Of a DNA stretch of 64,000 nt, positions 25,926-37,995 are shown one piece after another. The notes below the pieces were generated by a model. That model was not told where the DNA came from, did not search any database, and saw only the letters and a list, made by a program, of their open reading frames with translations. Source of the DNA: Centroscyllium fabricii (lineage: Eukaryota); assembly GCA_051313645.2 (NCBI GenBank), contig JBNRSN020000006.1, forward strand, positions 55,180,001 to 55,244,000, read 5' to 3'. The translations under genes were made by a program, and so were the position numbers. Each line of letters starts with the position of its first letter. Within the stretch, counting starts at the first letter, position 1.

Positions 25926-25998
25926 AGTTTTGTATAGTGTATTGTGTTTGTAACATTGGTAAATGTTACAAACACAACACTAATACACTATACAAACT
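25926..25998. repeat. Imperfect inverted repeat (hairpin)
   Basis: tttgtatagtgtattgtgtttgtaacatt-ggta-aatgttacaaacacaacactaatacactatacaaa. Confidence 0.85.
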
Positions 25999-26377
25999 GA
26001 TGAGTATTAGTTAAGCTTTTGAATTAACAGAAATGGGGGCAAGTAAATTCCCACAAGTACTTAAGTGAGACCATTAAAAGGCAAAACACACTTTAAATGC
26101 AATTAGTATTAGCTAACATCTTGTACATGGTGACTGGGTATCTGATTCTGGCTCAACCTTCAGCTTTGTGTGCACAATTTAGCTGTTGCAGTACTGGAGT
26201 TTTATTAAATAGCATTCTTGATCCACCGCCAAGTGACTTGCCACAGATCTCAATCTCCATGAGAAGTCTGGGAATCTCTTGGAAGGTGAGGCTTTTTTCA
26301 TCTGAGAAATTAATTCAGATGTAATTAACATATAAGTGACTGATGGGGACATTCATGAGATCCAGTGCTGAACAGTG

Positions 26378-26550
26378 TGAACATAAGAACATAAGAAATA
26401 GGAGCAGGCCAATCGGCCCCTCGAGCCCGCTCCGCCATTCAACAAGATCATGGCTGATCTGATCCTAACCTCAATTTTACTTTTACTCTCCATCCCGCCC
26501 AAACCCATGTGATCACCCGGGAGAGGCGAAAAACCAGATAGATAAACCCA
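26378..26550 (-). mobile_element. Retroposon 3' end with CR1-type tail
   Basis: (aacataag)n tail followed by the CR1 3' UTR hairpin region. Confidence 0.7.
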
Positions 26551-26625
26551 GTGTGGTTAACTAAAATAACAGAAAACGCTGGAAAAACTCAGCAAACCAA
26601 GCAGCATCGGTGGGGAGAGAAACAG

Positions 26626-26662
26626 AGTTAACGTTTCAGGCCGATGACCTTTCTTCAGAACT
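26626..26662 (-). ncRNA. Minimal type I hammerhead ribozyme motif (second family, intact)
   Basis: Minus strand reads AGUU-CUGAAGA-A-AGGUC(AUC)GGCCU-GAAACGUU-AACU: stem I AGUU/AACU, palindromic AACGUU, GUU triplet. Confidence 0.78.
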
Positions 26663-26677
26663 GGAGAAACTGGGAGA

Positions 26678-27412
26678 GGGAATGGAGAGAAACTGCTAAG
26701 TGTTACGGTACAAAGGGATCTGGGGGTCCTGGTGCATGAAACAAGGTTAGTATGCAGGTACAGCAGGTGATCCGGAAGGCCAATAGAATCTTGGCTTTTA
26801 TGGCAAGGGGGTGGAGTATAAAAGCAGGGAAGTCTTGCTGCAGTTATACAGGGTACTGGTGAGGCCACATCTGCAATACTGCGTACAGTTTTGGTTTCCA
26901 TATTTAAGAAAAGATATACAGGTACTTACACTCGAGGCAGTTCAGAGAAGATTCACTCGGTTGATTCCGGAGATGACTTATGAGGAAAGGTTGAGTAGGT
27001 TGGGCCTTTACTCATTGGAGTTCAGAAGAGTCAGAGGCGATCTTATCGAAACATATAAGATTGTGAGGGGGCTTGATCGGGTGGATGCGGTGAGGATGTT
27101 CCCACTGATGGGTGAGACTAGAACTAGGGGGCATAATCTGAGAATAAGCGGCTGCCCTTTCAAAACTGAGATGAGGAGAAACTTCTTCACTCTGAGGGTA
27201 GTAAATCTATGGAATTTACTACCTCAGAGTTGTGAAAGCTGCAACATTAAATAAATTTAAAACGGAGATGGACAGTTTCCTAACTGATAGGGGAATAAGG
27301 GGTTACGGGGAGCGGGCAGGGAAGTGGACGTGAGTCTAAGTTCGGATCAGCCATGATCCTATTAAATGGCGGAGCAGGCCCGAGGGGGCCATGTCTCCTG
27401 CTCCTCCTACTT
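26678..27412 (+). mobile_element. CR1 LINE 3' fragment
   Basis: LVRPHLQYCVQFW, RVRGDLIETYKI, RNFFTLRVVNLWNLLP. Confidence 0.9.
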
Positions 27413-28284
27413 AGGTAGGGAATAGATTTGAAAGCTGGTCGGGGCTGGGGAAAGGGGGAGGGGCTGAAAGAACAAAGGAAAGATCAGCAACAGGATAGAA
27501 GGCAGAGGAGATTGAGAGACAATAGGAGAAATTCAAGGAACACAAGTGTGGTTAACTAGTTTTAGATCACTTGGGTGACCAGCATTTCCATTGCATAAGT
27601 TCTGGCAGATAAAATGGGATTTGCTACTGCACACCAATTGAACTGTAATCCATTTGTTAACCAGTAATCTTCTTATTAAACAGTAGCTTGTATAGAAAAC
27701 CTTAAAGGAATATTTCAGATTATACTTTCAAATAAATCAGACTGTGTAATAATAAAAGGAGGCTTGCAAGCCCACCAGCTGTTACATGTTTCATTGCAGA
27801 TTTGCTTATGAAGGTACCATGTTCAGAATGCATTTACCCTGGGGATTGGCAGCACATTATCTCTCTCTAAACAGTTGTCTAATATACCGGTACCTTGCAA
27901 ATGCGCAGTGTGCTTCCACTGGTGAGGAAGTGATTAAGGATACTCCCACGTCATCAGAAAGCCATTTGGGAACTAATTTGGGCAAAAGTGCTGTCTTTAT
28001 AACGTTTTCATATGTGCATTCTTGCTGCATAGCGATTGAGCAAGCTTTATGCTGAAATCAGGAAATGTTAGATAAGCATTTGCTTTCCATCTTTTTTAAA
28101 TTACGTTTCTAGTATAAAACTTGGTGGATTATTCACTTAAACCTGTGCATTCAGTTTAGTATTTCAAATGATCATCTAAAGACTAATTGTGTTTCTTCCC
28201 CCCCCCCCCCCCCCTCAAAAATACAAATAAATTGCAAAATCAAAGGAACAGCCTTTAGCTTAAATATCTGTTATTTCTCCAACT

Positions 28285-28385
28285 TTTTCCAGTTCTGACG
28301 AAGGGCCCCAGACCCGACTCTGTTTCTCTCCCCACGATGATGCCTGGCCTGCTGAGTGTTTCCAGCATTTTCTGTCATTTACTTT
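28285..28385 (+). mobile_element. Penelope-like terminal fragment with decayed hammerhead
   Basis: agttctgacgaagggccccagacccga lacks the GAAACGUU segment. The downstream part matches the reverse complement of 26565-26625. Confidence 0.65.
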
Positions 28386-29304
28386 TGTTTTGCTGTATTC
28401 CATTGTTACTGTTCTTCAAAGGATACACCTAGCTTGATATCGAAAGCCTTTGTGTGGGGAGAGAAAAACAGACTTCTCTTATTTAACCAAATTACATAGC
28501 CCTCTTCCAAGACCAATATTCCACTGGTCTGATTTCATAATAAAACAGCAAGATTACTCATCTTGCCTGTGCACTCTTCAGCACTAGAACATTTCATGTC
28601 TTGAGCATTTAAGATTTATTTTATACTTAAAGATCAGTCTAGGTTGGTTTTTTTAAGTGCTGGTCATAGGCCAATCCACTTTCATTTTGATTTGCAGGGT
28701 GCATTAAAAAGCTTGATGGGTTCGATTTAGATGCAGAGATTTGAGTCACATATGTTACAGGGTTAAACAATAAGCGTTTGCAATTGGTGTAATTGTTCAC
28801 TTTTGTAAAGCTAGTTAGGAGTACATGAACATGAACTGATGAAAGCATGTGTAATGGGACTTGGCTTGAAGCATTACAGATGTTAACTTCTCTGAGTTTC
28901 AAAGCAGACTTCTAAGAAATTAAAGTCTCAACTTATAAGTCAGTTTGAATAATGGAACAACTAATACTTTTGTGGTTGCATGCATGAAATACTTTTAGAA
29001 ATTACAATAGCACTAATGTTACATGGCTAAATATTTGATGCTTTTGTATGATGTGGCTCATAGGCTTCAGGAAGCTTAAAAAAATTCCAACATTATTTTA
29101 TTCCTTTTCTAACCTAAATTGAGCAGTTAAAAATAGAGGTGTGCCCATTGCTTGCTTTGTGTTTTGGGATGGGGAAGTGCTATAAATAACATTTTAATTT
29201 GATTTACACTCCAGTTAGTTTACATTTATTGACCTGAGATTATCAACATAGGATTTTATGGAGGTGTATGAACTTCGATAGTTAACTACTAAAATTCTTT
29301 ATTA

Positions 29305-29970
29305 CAGGTTGAGCACCGTTAATTCGGCACGGGTGGGACTAGGCCTGCGCTGGTATAACGAAAAAACCGGGAGAATTAAGTCGGCCAGTGCGCATGTGCG
29401 CACCATTTAAAATGGCCGCGCGCATGCGCACAACATTGGAAATGGCCCCCGGAAGTTTTGATCACCTGCCGTGTAGCTGCAGCCGCCCAGAACCCGCCGT
29501 GCAAAGATCCCTCGGCTCGGCTCCACAGGTAGACAGGAATGGGACTCTCCTCACCCCACCCCGGCTCACAACCATAAATTAAGGCCCAGGCTGCAGGCCC
29601 AGCACAGCACTAACAAGTTAGTAGAGCCCAGTCCCGGGCAGCGCTGAGGGAGTGAACCCGGAGCGAGCGACAGGTCCTTGCCGTTCGGCGGCGCACGAGT
29701 GAGGAGGCAAAGGTCGGTCCAGCCTCCAGCGGCCATTTTGAATGATCTCCGCATGTGTTCGGCGGCGCATGCGCAGATCATTCAAAACTTCCGGTGGCCG
29801 TTTGAATGATCAGCGCATGCGCTCGCCGTTCGATGGCGCAGCCGCAGATCAGTCGCCGAAGCATCGACCGTGGCAGCCACTTTGCGCATGCGCAGGACAG
29901 TCAGGGCATTTTATGCCGGGCGACTGAAGTTGCTGGCTCTTTGGTTACCAGATTAGCGGTGCTCAAGCTG
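29305..29970 (+). mobile_element. pogo/Tigger-like MITE copy 3
   Basis: TA|CAGGTTGAGCACCG...CGGTGCTCAAGCTG|TA, with GCGCATGCGC motifs. Confidence 0.87.
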
Positions 29971-30126
29971 TATAAGGATTCCTTGAAGCATATACATTAG
30001 CTATTGAATCTAGATTTGCTTTCAGTGATCTCAAACTTGGACTTATATCTGAATTTAATGGTATGCGCTGTCTAAATAGGGCTTGAACACCCAGTACTGC
30101 GCCCAGTCCTGGCCCCTGTATATAAT

Positions 30127-30864
30127 GGCCCAGAAATTCCATTTGCAGCCCTCCCGCAGGCGGAGGGCTGCGATTTGGAAAAATCTCCGCCTGGACCGGA
30201 GGGCTCCCAGGAGGTACAGATGTCCGTTGCTGGGCCTCTTCAGACTGCCGGTGTGCAGGGCACGTGTATCCGAGAGGCGCAGTTAGTTCGCAGCGTCCCT
30301 GGGATCACGTGGGCCATGGGGAGGCAATCAGAGCAGGGAATCTCCATCCACAGGAAGACCTGTCAAATCTATGAATAGAGATCACCCTCAAAACATAAGT
30401 AAAACTTCCAATAAATTTTAAAACATCACATTTTTCAAATGACTATAAATTACATTAATTAAAATTTTTGTTTCAAATAGTTAATTTTTGAAAAAAATAA
30501 TTGAAGTTTTTAACGGGGCCAAAAATAAACTTGTCTTTTAAACTATTTTAAAATGATAAATCAATGGAAAAACTATTTTTTTACTTCAACTCTTAGCCTG
30601 GTAAAAGCAGGCCATACACCTGCTTTTACAGGCGCAAGAATTGTAAGTGTTTTCTGCAGGCAGAGAATCTCCAAAAAGCGGAACTCTCCGCCCGCAGAGG
30701 CCCTGCTCCAGCGCAGGCGTCTGATCTGTCGAGAGCTTTCTTGACAAATCATAAATGCCGGTTTCCAGCGCGCGCGCAGTGCATGCCTGAAACCGGCATT
30801 ACCAATGTTCCTACGGATGAGTACACAGCGCGTACTCACCCGTAGGGACCGGAATTTCTGCCTC
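30127..30864. mobile_element. Non-autonomous TIR element (PIF/Harbinger-group-like)
   Basis: AAT|GGCCCAGAAATTCC...GGAATTTCTGCCTC|AAT: 11/14 TIR match and 3-bp TSD. GC-rich ends and AT-rich core. Confidence 0.65.
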
Positions 30865-31371
30865 AATGTTTGCATATAGAGAATTAAAAATAACCACATG
30901 CATTTTTCTCTCATTAATTTTCTTCTTTCCCTGCTAGTGTTGACGACATGCTGAGGTTCAGCTCTCTCAGTGCTGGGCAGTCTGGGGTATCTTGCCCAAA
31001 TAGTCTTTATTTCATTGGGAGCCTTGACGGTGGTATTGAGGCTTTTCCATCGTGAGTGCATGATGGCTGAGGCCAATCCCGATGCCACATAGTAGTTAAT
31101 TTTCCCCCTTTCTAACCTGGGCTGCTGAGGTCACTTGTGACCGTACAACTGCCCAAAATTCGACCAACTAGTTCAACACAGTCAGGAGATGTACTCTACT
31201 CAATGGAGAAACTCTCCGCCATCAGGGGAGCCAAAAACGCTCTAGTCTAATTGTATTGGTAGTTCGATCCTTTGCAAATGTGCAAGGGATAAATCACCCA
31301 AGTCATCAGAAAAAACATTTTTCTGTTTCACGCACTTGGTGTTGTTTACCCAGCTTACTATAAATCCTCAA

Positions 31372-31798
31372 CATAGACACATAGAAACATAGAAACTAGG
31401 AGCAGGAGTAGGCCATTCGGCCCTTCGAGCCTGCTCCGCCATTCAATGAGATCATGGCTGATCATCCAAACCCAGTAGCCCGCCCCTGCCCTCTCCCCAT
31501 ATCCCTCGATCCCTATCGAGCCTGCATCAACACATATCCCACCCTATCCCCATAACCCCACGCATTCAATCCCCCATAACCCCACACATTCAATCCCCCT
31601 AACACTAAGGGTCAATTTATCATGGTCAATCAACCTAACCCGCACATCTTTGGACTGTGGGAGGAAACCGGAGCACCCGGAGGAAACCCACGCAGACACG
31701 GGGAGAATGTGCAAACTCCACACAGATAGTACCCGAGGCTGGATTTGAACCCGGGTCTCCAGTGCTGTGAGGCAACAGTGCTAGCCACCGTGCCGCCC
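31372..31798 (-). mobile_element. V-SINE (HE1-like), full length
   Basis: Reverse complement of 7622-8012, with a (catagaaa)n tail and a short internal tandem duplication near 31550-31600. Confidence 0.92.
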
Positions 31799-32185
31799 AT
31801 TCTTTAACTAAGGATTATGTCTAGTGCACCTTATATCCATGCTTCTATAACTGTGATACTGTCAAATTCTTAAAACAATTTTGTGATGTTTCAACAACAG
31901 CAACTTGCATTTTATATAGCTTTAATGTAGTAAAACGTGCTGTTTTACTGAGCCAGTGGGCTGCTCCGATTTAGCGCTCCAATAATTGATGGTTCCTGCC
32001 CTTCAAAATAAAAAATGAGTAGGACATCGGACTGAATGTAATTGCCAAGCATGAAGCAACTAATGTATTTGCCAAGTGGAGTGATGCACAATGTGTCCGA
32101 CAGCATACAAGCTGTTGTTTTTCTGGCCCCATTAGTTATTTAATCCCAATTAGATGCTCTGCTTAAAGGTGTTTCTAGTAATCTC

Positions 32186-32448
32186 GATGTAGAGGTGCCG
32201 GTGTTGGACTGGGGTGGACAAATGCAAGAAGTCACACACCAGGTTATAGTCCAACAGTTTTATTTTAAATCACAAGCTTTCGGAGCGTCTGCTCCTTCCT
32301 CAGGTGAAGTGAAGTTGATTCAAAGACAGCACATATGTGCTGTCTTTGAATCAACTTCACTTCACCTGAGGAAGGAGCAACGCTCCGAAAGCGTGTGATT
32401 TAAAATAAAACTGTTAGACTATAACCTGGTGTTGTGTGACTTCTTGCA
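32186..32448. mobile_element. Penelope-derived fold-back insert, copy 3: spacer-less palindrome
   Basis: 11-bp TSD ctagtaatctc at 32175-32185 and 32449-32459. Symmetry centre at 32334/32335, arms about 110 bp. Confidence 0.88.
32270..32307 (-). ncRNA. Minimal type I hammerhead motif (CUGAGGA core)
   Basis: Minus strand reads UCAC-CUGAGGA-A-GGAGC(AGAC)GCUCC-GAAAGCUU-GUGA. The mirror copy on + reads GAAAGCGU and has lost the conserved U. Confidence 0.7.
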
Positions 32449-32987
32449 CTAGTAATCTCAACAGTGTGACCAACCTGAAACCTTGGAACAGAAAGCTGTT
32501 GAATATTCCAAGGTTTTCTGTGTCGTCCCTAAGATTTTAGTGAAGCTCGCAAGGATGAACATGTGGCATTTTCATGCTTTGCTAAAATCCTACTGACAAC
32601 ACTGCAAACATTTAAACTGAAGAGCACCCAGGAGCACAATTATAGATTCTGGCCTCTCAACATTGAGTTTCATACGCAGAGTGTATTTTGAGCAATTTAA
32701 CACCCGGGTGACTCTCCCTCCACATCAGCTACTGGAATATATTGTGCTGCATTATTCTGTGTTCTCGCACTCGCCCTCATTCACTCTCACTCGCTCACCG
32801 CGCTCCCTCACCTCTCGCGCACACTGTCGTGGCCCTAAACTGACCGTGCCTCTCTGCTAGGCAGCACAATTTTAATACGCAGCCCTTTTCTGATGCAAAA
32901 CTGAAGACAGGCTTGAAATAAGCACTAAAAACCCAATATAATACTGAAATTGGAGATCCCCTGGCCACCAAGCTGTCCCTCAAAGAG

Positions 32988-33092
32988 TCAGCTTCTCTTT
33001 CACCTGACAAAGGGGCAGAAGCTCCGAAAGCTTGTGATTTAAAATAAAACTGCTGGACTATAACCTGGTGTTGTGTGACTTCTTGCATTTGT
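32988..33092 (+). mobile_element. Penelope-derived insert, copy 4 (mutated hammerhead core)
   Basis: 10-bp TSD cctcaaagag at 32978-32987 and 33093-33102. Core reads CUGACAA. Confidence 0.8.
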
Positions 33093-33980
33093 CCTCAAAG
33101 AGGACTACAGTCAAATCAACGATATGCTCCCTGTCCCTTTCTCAAAGGTTTCCGACATAGCAATCAGTCTAGCAATCAATCAAACCCAATGTCCCAGTTT
33201 TTGACTGGCAAGCAGGTCTGTGATTGAATGCAGTCACGCCAGGCGTTTGACAATTACCATTGACATTCCATGTTCTGCTTTCCTTAGCAATTTGCATCTT
33301 ATGAAGCCCTTTGCAGCCCAGCCTGTCTGGTGTCTCGGCTCAGGACTCTTGAGAACTTCTCTCTGTGACTGGGCTTTTAACCCGGAGAATACAAGTTTAA
33401 ATTTAACGCTGGCAATTAAGTGAGTCTGATCATAACTGCTGTCTGTATGTTCACGTTACTGTGAATTAATGCAGCTCATCCATTCATATCTGCCCCGCCT
33501 CACCAATTGTTTGCTCCATCTGTCTCCGGAGAGATTGGAGAAGCACATGTGCAAAAGATGAGGACATCTGGTTCAAGTCGCAATGGCGCACTAATGTTAC
33601 AAACCCTTGGGTTACGGCAGTGTGAATCAACACCCATAAAGTAAGGCGCTCAGACCATTTATGGGAATGACTGAAATCACTGAACCAGAGAGGGTATCTG
33701 TGGCCGACCCAAATTTGAGATATTGGTCTAATTGCTCAATTTGGGAGTTGGGGTTTCGATCAGAGCTGCTTTGTAGTGATTGAGTACTGGTAAAATGGAT
33801 CTGAGGGTTTGTATGAAGGTACGGAGTGATTCAAACTTATGAAGTCTGAGAAACCTTTGGGATGCATGTGTGGCTAGTTGACAATCAAAGATTTTATTTG
33901 ATGTCCAGTGAAATAGAGTGGCAGTAAGGATTGAATTTGTTTTCATACAGATAATAATTCATTTATTTTTGTTTTTGCAG

Positions 33981-34189
33981 TTATGCAGTGATAGCGTTTG
34001 GCTGTGCCAGCTGTCCAAAACTCACCTGTGCCCGTGAAGGGTGTGGCACTGAGTTCTGTTACCACTGTAAGCAAATATGGCATCCAAATCAAACTTGTGA
34101 TGCAGCACGTCAACAGAGAGCGCAGAGTTTACGATTAAGAACAATACGCTCGTCGTCAATCAGCTACAGTCAGGAATCTGGTGCAGCAG
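33981..34189 (+). CDS. RNF19A: RNF19A coding exon 2: IBR domain
   Basis: Acceptor tttttgcag. Reads (G)[69 protein letters not shown]. Donor G|gtacag. 209 nt, phases 2 to 1, consistent with neighbouring exons. Confidence 0.96.
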
Positions 34190-34766
34190 GTACAGAAAAC
34201 TGGACTCTTCGCAGATACGTTCAGGACGAGATTTCAGGAAGGAAGGGTTTACCTGAAATAAACAGCCTCCTGGTCAATCAGATTTTACCATCTCGCTCCA
34301 CAGGTAACCATTTTCTTGATGGAATCTTCTCCTATAGAAATGCATGCTATATTCGTAGGTTTCCAGAATTATTGTCCTATTCACCTGTTTAGGTAATACT
34401 GTAGACCACATCGATTTTAAAAGGTTCTCTTTGCCAAGCAGCGCATTAACCCAGTCGAAGAGTTAACAATATTGACTACGCCTATGACGGTTTTAATGGA
34501 ACTTGCCTGCCCATACAAGTTTAGTCTTGCTGGCAAGGAAAATTACTACTTGAAAACCAGTGCTTCAGATGAGCCCTTTTGCTTTCTACTAAACTACCCC
34601 ATTCTACAACTTCTCAATTGTGCAGTTTATCTTCCAAACTACTTGTAAGCTTGCAAGAGCCTGCTTAGAAAATGTTCCCGTGTACAGTTGCATTCCTAAC
34701 TCTGTCCATAAATTATGGTCTTGGTTGCTGGCCAATGAAACCAAGATCGGACTGTGCAGAATGACT

Positions 34767-37700
34767 CATAGAAACATAGATGAGAGGAGCAGGAGTAGGC
34801 CATTTGGCCCCTCAAGCCTGCTCCGCCATATAATGAGATCATGGCTGATCATCCAAACCCAGCACCCTGTCCCTGCCTTCACCCCATATACCTTGATCCC
34901 TTTAGCCTTAAGAAATATATCAAACTCTTTCTTGAATATATTTAATGAATTGGCCTCAACTGCCTTCTGTGGTAGAGAATTCCACAGGTTCACCACTCTG
35001 GGTGAAGAAATTCCTCCTCATCTCAGTCCTAAATGGCTTACCCCTTGTCCTTACACTGTGACCCCTGGTTCTGGACTCCCCTGCCATTGGGAACATACTT
35101 CCTGCATCTAGTCTGTCCAGTCCTGTTAGAATTTTATAAGTTTCAATGAGAGTCCCTCTCATTCTTCTAAACTCTAGCGAATATAAGCCTAATCGACCCA
35201 ATCTCTCCTCATACATCATTCCTGCCATCCCAGGTATCAGTCTGGTGAATCTTCGCTGCACTCCCTCCATGGCAAGAAACTCCTTCCTCAGATAAGGCGA
35301 CCAAAACTGCACACAATACTCAAGGTGTGGTCTCACCAAGGCCCTGTACAACTGCAGAAAGACATCCTTGTTCCTGTACTCGAATCCTCTCGCTATGAAG
35401 GCCAACATATAATTTGCCTTCTTAACCGCCTCCTGCACCTGCATGCTTACCTTCAGCGACTGGTGCACAAGGACACCCAGGTCTCGTTGCATTTCCCCTT
35501 TTTCCAATCTATTGTCATTCAGATAATAATCTGTCTTCCTGTTTTTGCCACCAAAGTGGATAACCTCACATTAATCCACATTACACTTCTTCTGCTATGC
35601 ATCTGCCCAATCACCCAACCTGTCCAAATCATAATGGAGTTTCTCTGCATCCTCCTCGCAGCACACACGCCCACCCAGCTTTGTGTCATCTGCAAACTTG
35701 GAGATATTACATCTAGTTCCCTTGTCTAGATCATTAATATATATATTGTGAATAGCTGGGGTCCTAGCACCAATCCCTGCAGTACCCCACTAGTCACTGC
35801 CTGCCACTCGGAAAAATACCCGTTTATTCCAACTCTTTGCTTCCTGCCTGCCAACCAGTTCTCTATCCAAGTCAATACCTTGCCCCCAATCCCATGTGCT
35901 TTAACTTCACACGCTAATCTCTTTTGCGGGACCTTATCGAAAGCCTTCTGAAAGTCCAAATACACCACATCCACTGGTTCTCCCTTATCTATTCTACCAG
36001 TTACATCCTCAAAAAAATTCCAGCAGATTAGTCGAGCACGATTTACCTTTTGTAAATCCATGTTGACTTTGTCCAATCCTGTCACTGTTTTCCAAGTACT
36101 CTGCTATTACATCTTTATAATGGACTCTAGCATTTCCCCCACTACTGATGTCAGGCTTACTGGTCTATAATTCCCCGTTTTCTCTCTACCACCTTTTTTA
36201 TATAATGGGGTTACATTAGCTATCCTCCAATCCATGGGAACTATTCCAGAGTCTATAGAATTTTGGAAGATGACCAACAATGCATCTACTATTTCCAGGG
36301 CCACTTCCTTAAGTACCCTAGTATGTAGATTATCAGGCCCTGAGGATTTATCCGTCTTCAATCCCGTCACAATCCCATCAATTTCCCTAACACCATTTCC
36401 CTACAAATACTGATTTCATTCAATTCCTCCCTCTCATTGGACCCTCTCTATGTTCTCCGAAATCTCTGGAAGATTATTTGTGTCCTCCTTTGTGAAGACA
36501 GAACCAAAGTATGTATTTAATTGGTCAGCCATTTCTTTGTTCCCCATTCTAAATTCCCCAGATCCTGACTGCAAGAGACCTATGCTTGACTTCACCAATC
36601 TTTTTCTCTTTGCATATCTATAAAAGCTTTTACAGTCAGTTTTTATGTTCCCTGCAAGCTTACTCTCATTCTATTTCCCCCCTCTTAATTAATCCCTTTG
36701 TCCTCCTTTGCTGAATCCTAAACTGCTCCCAATCGTCAGTTTTGCTGCTTTATCTGGCCAATTTATATGTTCTCTCCTTGGATCTTATGCTATCCCTAAT
36801 TTCCCTTGTTAGCCACGGTTGAGTCACCTTGTTTGTTTTATTTTTATACCAAACTGGGATGAACAAATTCTGTAGTTCATCCATGCGATCTTTAAATGTT
36901 TGCCATTGCCTATCCACCGTCAACCCTTTAAGTAACGTTCCACAATCCATCCTAGCCAACTCGTGCCTCATACCATTGTAGTTTCCTTTATTTAAATTCA
37001 GGACCCTAGTCTCTGAGTCAACTACTTCACTCTCCATCTTAATGATTCTATCATATGATCGCCCCTCCACAAGGGGCCTCGCAAAACAACATTGCTAATT
37101 AATCCTTTCTCATTACATAATACCCAGTCTAAGAGGACCTGATCTCTAGTTGGTTGCTCGACATATTGGTCCAGGAAACCATCCCATATACACTCTAGAA
37201 ATTCCTAGAAATTAGCATTGTTATTTGGTTAGCCCAATCTATATGTAGATTTAAGTCACCCATGATAACTGCTGTGCCCTTATTGCACGCATCTCTAATT
37301 TCCCATTTAATGCCATCCCCAACCTCAGCATTACTGTTTGGTGTCTGTATACAACTCCCACTAATGTTTTCTGCCCCTTGGTATTCATCAGCTCTACCCA
37401 TACAGATTTCACATCATCAGAGCTAATATCCTTCCTTGCTATTATGTTAATCTCTTTAACCAGCAATGCTACCCCACCTCCTTTTCCTTTTTGCCTGTCC
37501 TTCCTTAATATTGAATACCCCTGGATGTTAAATTCCCAGCCTTGGTCACCCTGGAGCCATGTCTCCATAATTCCAATTACATTGTATCCGTTTACATCTA
37601 TTTGCGCAGCTAATTCATCCACCTTATTACGAATGCTCCTTGCATTAAGACACAAAGCCTTCAGGCTTGATTTTTTAACACTCTTAGTCCTTTTAGAATT

Positions 37701-37995
37701 ATTATTTTGATTTACACCCTTGATTTCTCTGCCTTCCACTTTTGCTTTTCTCCTTCCTGTCTTTTGTTTCTATCCTTGCTTCCCTTTCCTCGCTTCCCTT
37801 TCCTCTGTATCCCTGCACAGGTTCCCAACCCCCTGCCATTTTAGTTTAAACCCTCCCCAATAGCACCAGCAAACACTCCCCCTAGGACATCGGTCCCGGT
37901 CCTGCCCAGGTGCGAACCGTCCAGTTTGTACTGGTTCCACCTCCCCCAGAACCAGTTCCAATGTCCCAGAAATTTGAATTCCTCCCCCTTGCACC
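34767..37995 (-). mobile_element. Long CR1 LINE (about 3.2 kb): end of ORF1, then ORF2 endonuclease and RT, with frameshifts
   Basis: EN: LCLNARSIRNK, ETWLQ, GGGVALLVK, IMGDLN. RT: GPDNLH, NYRPVSLTSVVG, YLDFQKAFDKVP, QGLVLGPQLF, LVRPHLEYCVQFWSP. An ORF1 esterase-like DGSHL remnant lies near 37900-37950. (catagaaa)n tail. Confidence 0.95.

Larger units (their letters stand above)
26564..27544 (-). mobile_element. Penelope-like fragment (second family) interrupted by a CR1
   Basis: 14-bp direct repeat agtgtggttaacta at 26550-26563 and 27545-27558. Hammerhead motif at 26626-26662. Related pieces at about 28285-28385 and 54420-54490. Confidence 0.75.

Noticed and set aside
34190-34392. ORF extension beyond the IBR exon
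   Set aside because: It is read-through into the intron. RNF19A similarity stops at the donor at 34189/34190.
34767-37995. Possibly active autonomous CR1
   Set aside because: ORF2 is broken into several frames and the 5' end is missing.
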